The translations under genes were made by a program, and so were the position numbers. The notes beneath the pieces were generated by a model. The model had not been told where the DNA came from and did no database searches. It saw nothing but the letters and a program-made list of their open reading frames with translations. From the NCBI GenBank assembly GCA_964187785.1, contig OZ076415.1:14384001-14448000 (forward strand): a DNA stretch of 64,000 bases, given 5' to 3'. This document shows positions 62,307-64,000 of the stretch, piece after piece. Positions within the stretch are counted from its first letter, which is position 1; each line of letters opens with the position of its first letter. This stretch comes from Amphiscolops sp. MND2022 (lineage: Eukaryota).

Positions 62307-63820
62307 ATAACGACAAGTCCCGCTAGTCCGAAGTTTAATCAATCATCGTAAGAGATTCGAGAAAACAAACCAAAAATGAAATGGATCACGTCACGGAGTA
62401 AGTAATTCATTGATTCAAGGAATATCTACTAACTCTGGAGATACAAAGATAAAAATCGAAACATGCCAAAACTTTGGGTTCAAATTGGAATCAACAATGA
62501 ATGTTGGGCAACTGGTGCATGACCCAAAGAACTACAGTTTCCGTTACTACAAAAATTCTTGAGCAATATCCATAATTGACTTTGAAATCCAACGCGGTTA
62601 AAACTCACTCTTTTAATGAGTTAATTGTTGAACTGAATTGTTACAGCGTTTAAAATATCAGATGATTACAGTTATGTAGGTAAAGTAGGCTTTTAAAAAT
62701 GAATGTTAAAAATTATAAAACCATAGTAGTTCAAGCATACATTAATTACAGTACGTAGTGATTCTACAGAGAAGCAACCTAAGGCAAATTCCAAAATCGA
62801 ATACCTCAAAAACGACTGTGATTTTTGAAAAATGGTAAAAGTTTCTCAAGATTTTTATCTAGTTTACAAATATGTTTGATTGAAAAAAGAGGCGATGAAA
62901 TTTTAAAAGTTACCATAGGCCATTTTAAACAATTTAGTTCAAATTTGATGTTTTTTTTTCACTTTTAGTCTAGTTTTGCTCAAAATTTTTGAGAAATTTA
63001 AACTTCAATCGACCCCCGGAATTTACTCAAGCCCCTAATATGGCTATGATTTAGAAACAATTGTAAAATCGTAGAAAAAAAACAAGGGCTTTTTCAAATT
63101 AGGCTTTTTCGAAATTACATGTATATAGATACGATTCTGAAATTCAACAGCTTAAAACAAGCTCATACTAATAGTTTACAATTGTACAGTGTTTTGTTAT
63201 TGAAGCTTTCAAGCAATATTGGACAGAATTCGAAAAAGGAAAATTAATAAAAACAACAAGGAACTTGAGATGAAATCAATTTAATGAAAAGCATACAAGA
63301 AACAACCTGCTACACTCCATCTTGGTGTTCTCAGCAATATTCAACCTTTTAACATGAAGACATTCAAGTCTCTGAAAATGCATATGAAACCTTTAAATCT
63401 TTAACTGCAGAAAGAAGAAACATCAAATGAACATATAGAAATGTCTTAAAATAGAAAAAAACGCCAATTTATATAAATTTTGAAAAATTGTCGTTCGCTA
63501 TCTAGAACCTTCGCCAAATCAAAATACAGAAACAAGTTGGAGCTCAATTCCACGCTTTGTAATTGAATTATAACGTCAATAATTCGCATATAGCATCAAT
63601 AACTCTGATATAGCGAACTTTTTTACCGTGATCTACGTTATATCAGAAGACGGGAATATTGCTCGAAACTGCTTCAATTCGAACTCTGCTTTCTTTTTGG
63701 CAAGACGTAATAGATTTTGGTTTTAACGTCATGATTTCGGATATTGCGCTTTTTTGTTATGAACTTTATATCAGAAAATGATGTTCGTATAGTTCAATTC
63801 GGAAACATGAATAAACTTTA

Positions 63821-63892
63821 GTCCCGAGCAAGATCCGAACTCACGTAGTCCTGCTTTCAAGCCACGCACCCTAACCACTAGGACAAGAAGCC
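63821..63892 (-). pseudogene. tRNA pseudogene or tRNA-derived SINE head
   Basis: 72 nt with A-box TGTCCTAGTGGTTAGG, a CTTGAAA loop and B-box-like GAGTTCGGATC; the acceptor and anticodon stems pair poorly. Confidence 0.55.
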
Positions 63893-64000
63893 TTGGAAAC
63901 CTTTGAAACAAGGTTGTTAATTATACAGTTTTTTAAACAAAAAAAAATGTTTTGAACAGGTTTTTTAACGAAATATACTTTTTTGTATTTTATTTTTTTT

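Noticed and set aside
63821-63892. Functional tRNA-Ser(TGA)
   Set aside because: Acceptor and anticodon stems pair poorly and the long variable arm of Ser tRNAs is missing.

Overview
AT-rich animal (invertebrate-like) genomic DNA; the species cannot be fixed from the sequence. The left 37.4 kb is a nest of transposons. In order it holds a decayed Penelope-like RT, a decayed BEL/Pao element, a decayed I/Jockey-type LINE whose ORF2+3'UTR is tandemly duplicated (period 3338 bp), a young full-length Gypsy LTR element (18593-24567, TSD TTGAT), an EnSpm-like MITE and a young, almost intact BEL/Pao element (28568-37429, TSD AGTAT). The right 26.6 kb holds the single clear host gene, an intronless FoxA (49610-51673, +). 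Around it are only short DNA-transposon derivatives, tRNA-derived SINE-like heads and a probable exon of an unidentified antisense gene. The most unusual signal is in the young BEL element. It has no TGG-type primer-binding site; instead it has 14 nt complementary to tRNA D-arm positions 11-24, two bases after the LTR end. A U5 hairpin, two hairpin arrays and a possible leader intron accompany it. Also notable are a mini-hAT encoding an in-frame BED-finger/dimerisation-domain fusion 2 kb downstream of FoxA, and a Gypsy with a WLDD RT motif and a ~260-aa insert between RNase H and integrase. All alignments and counts were done by eye; no database searches were run.
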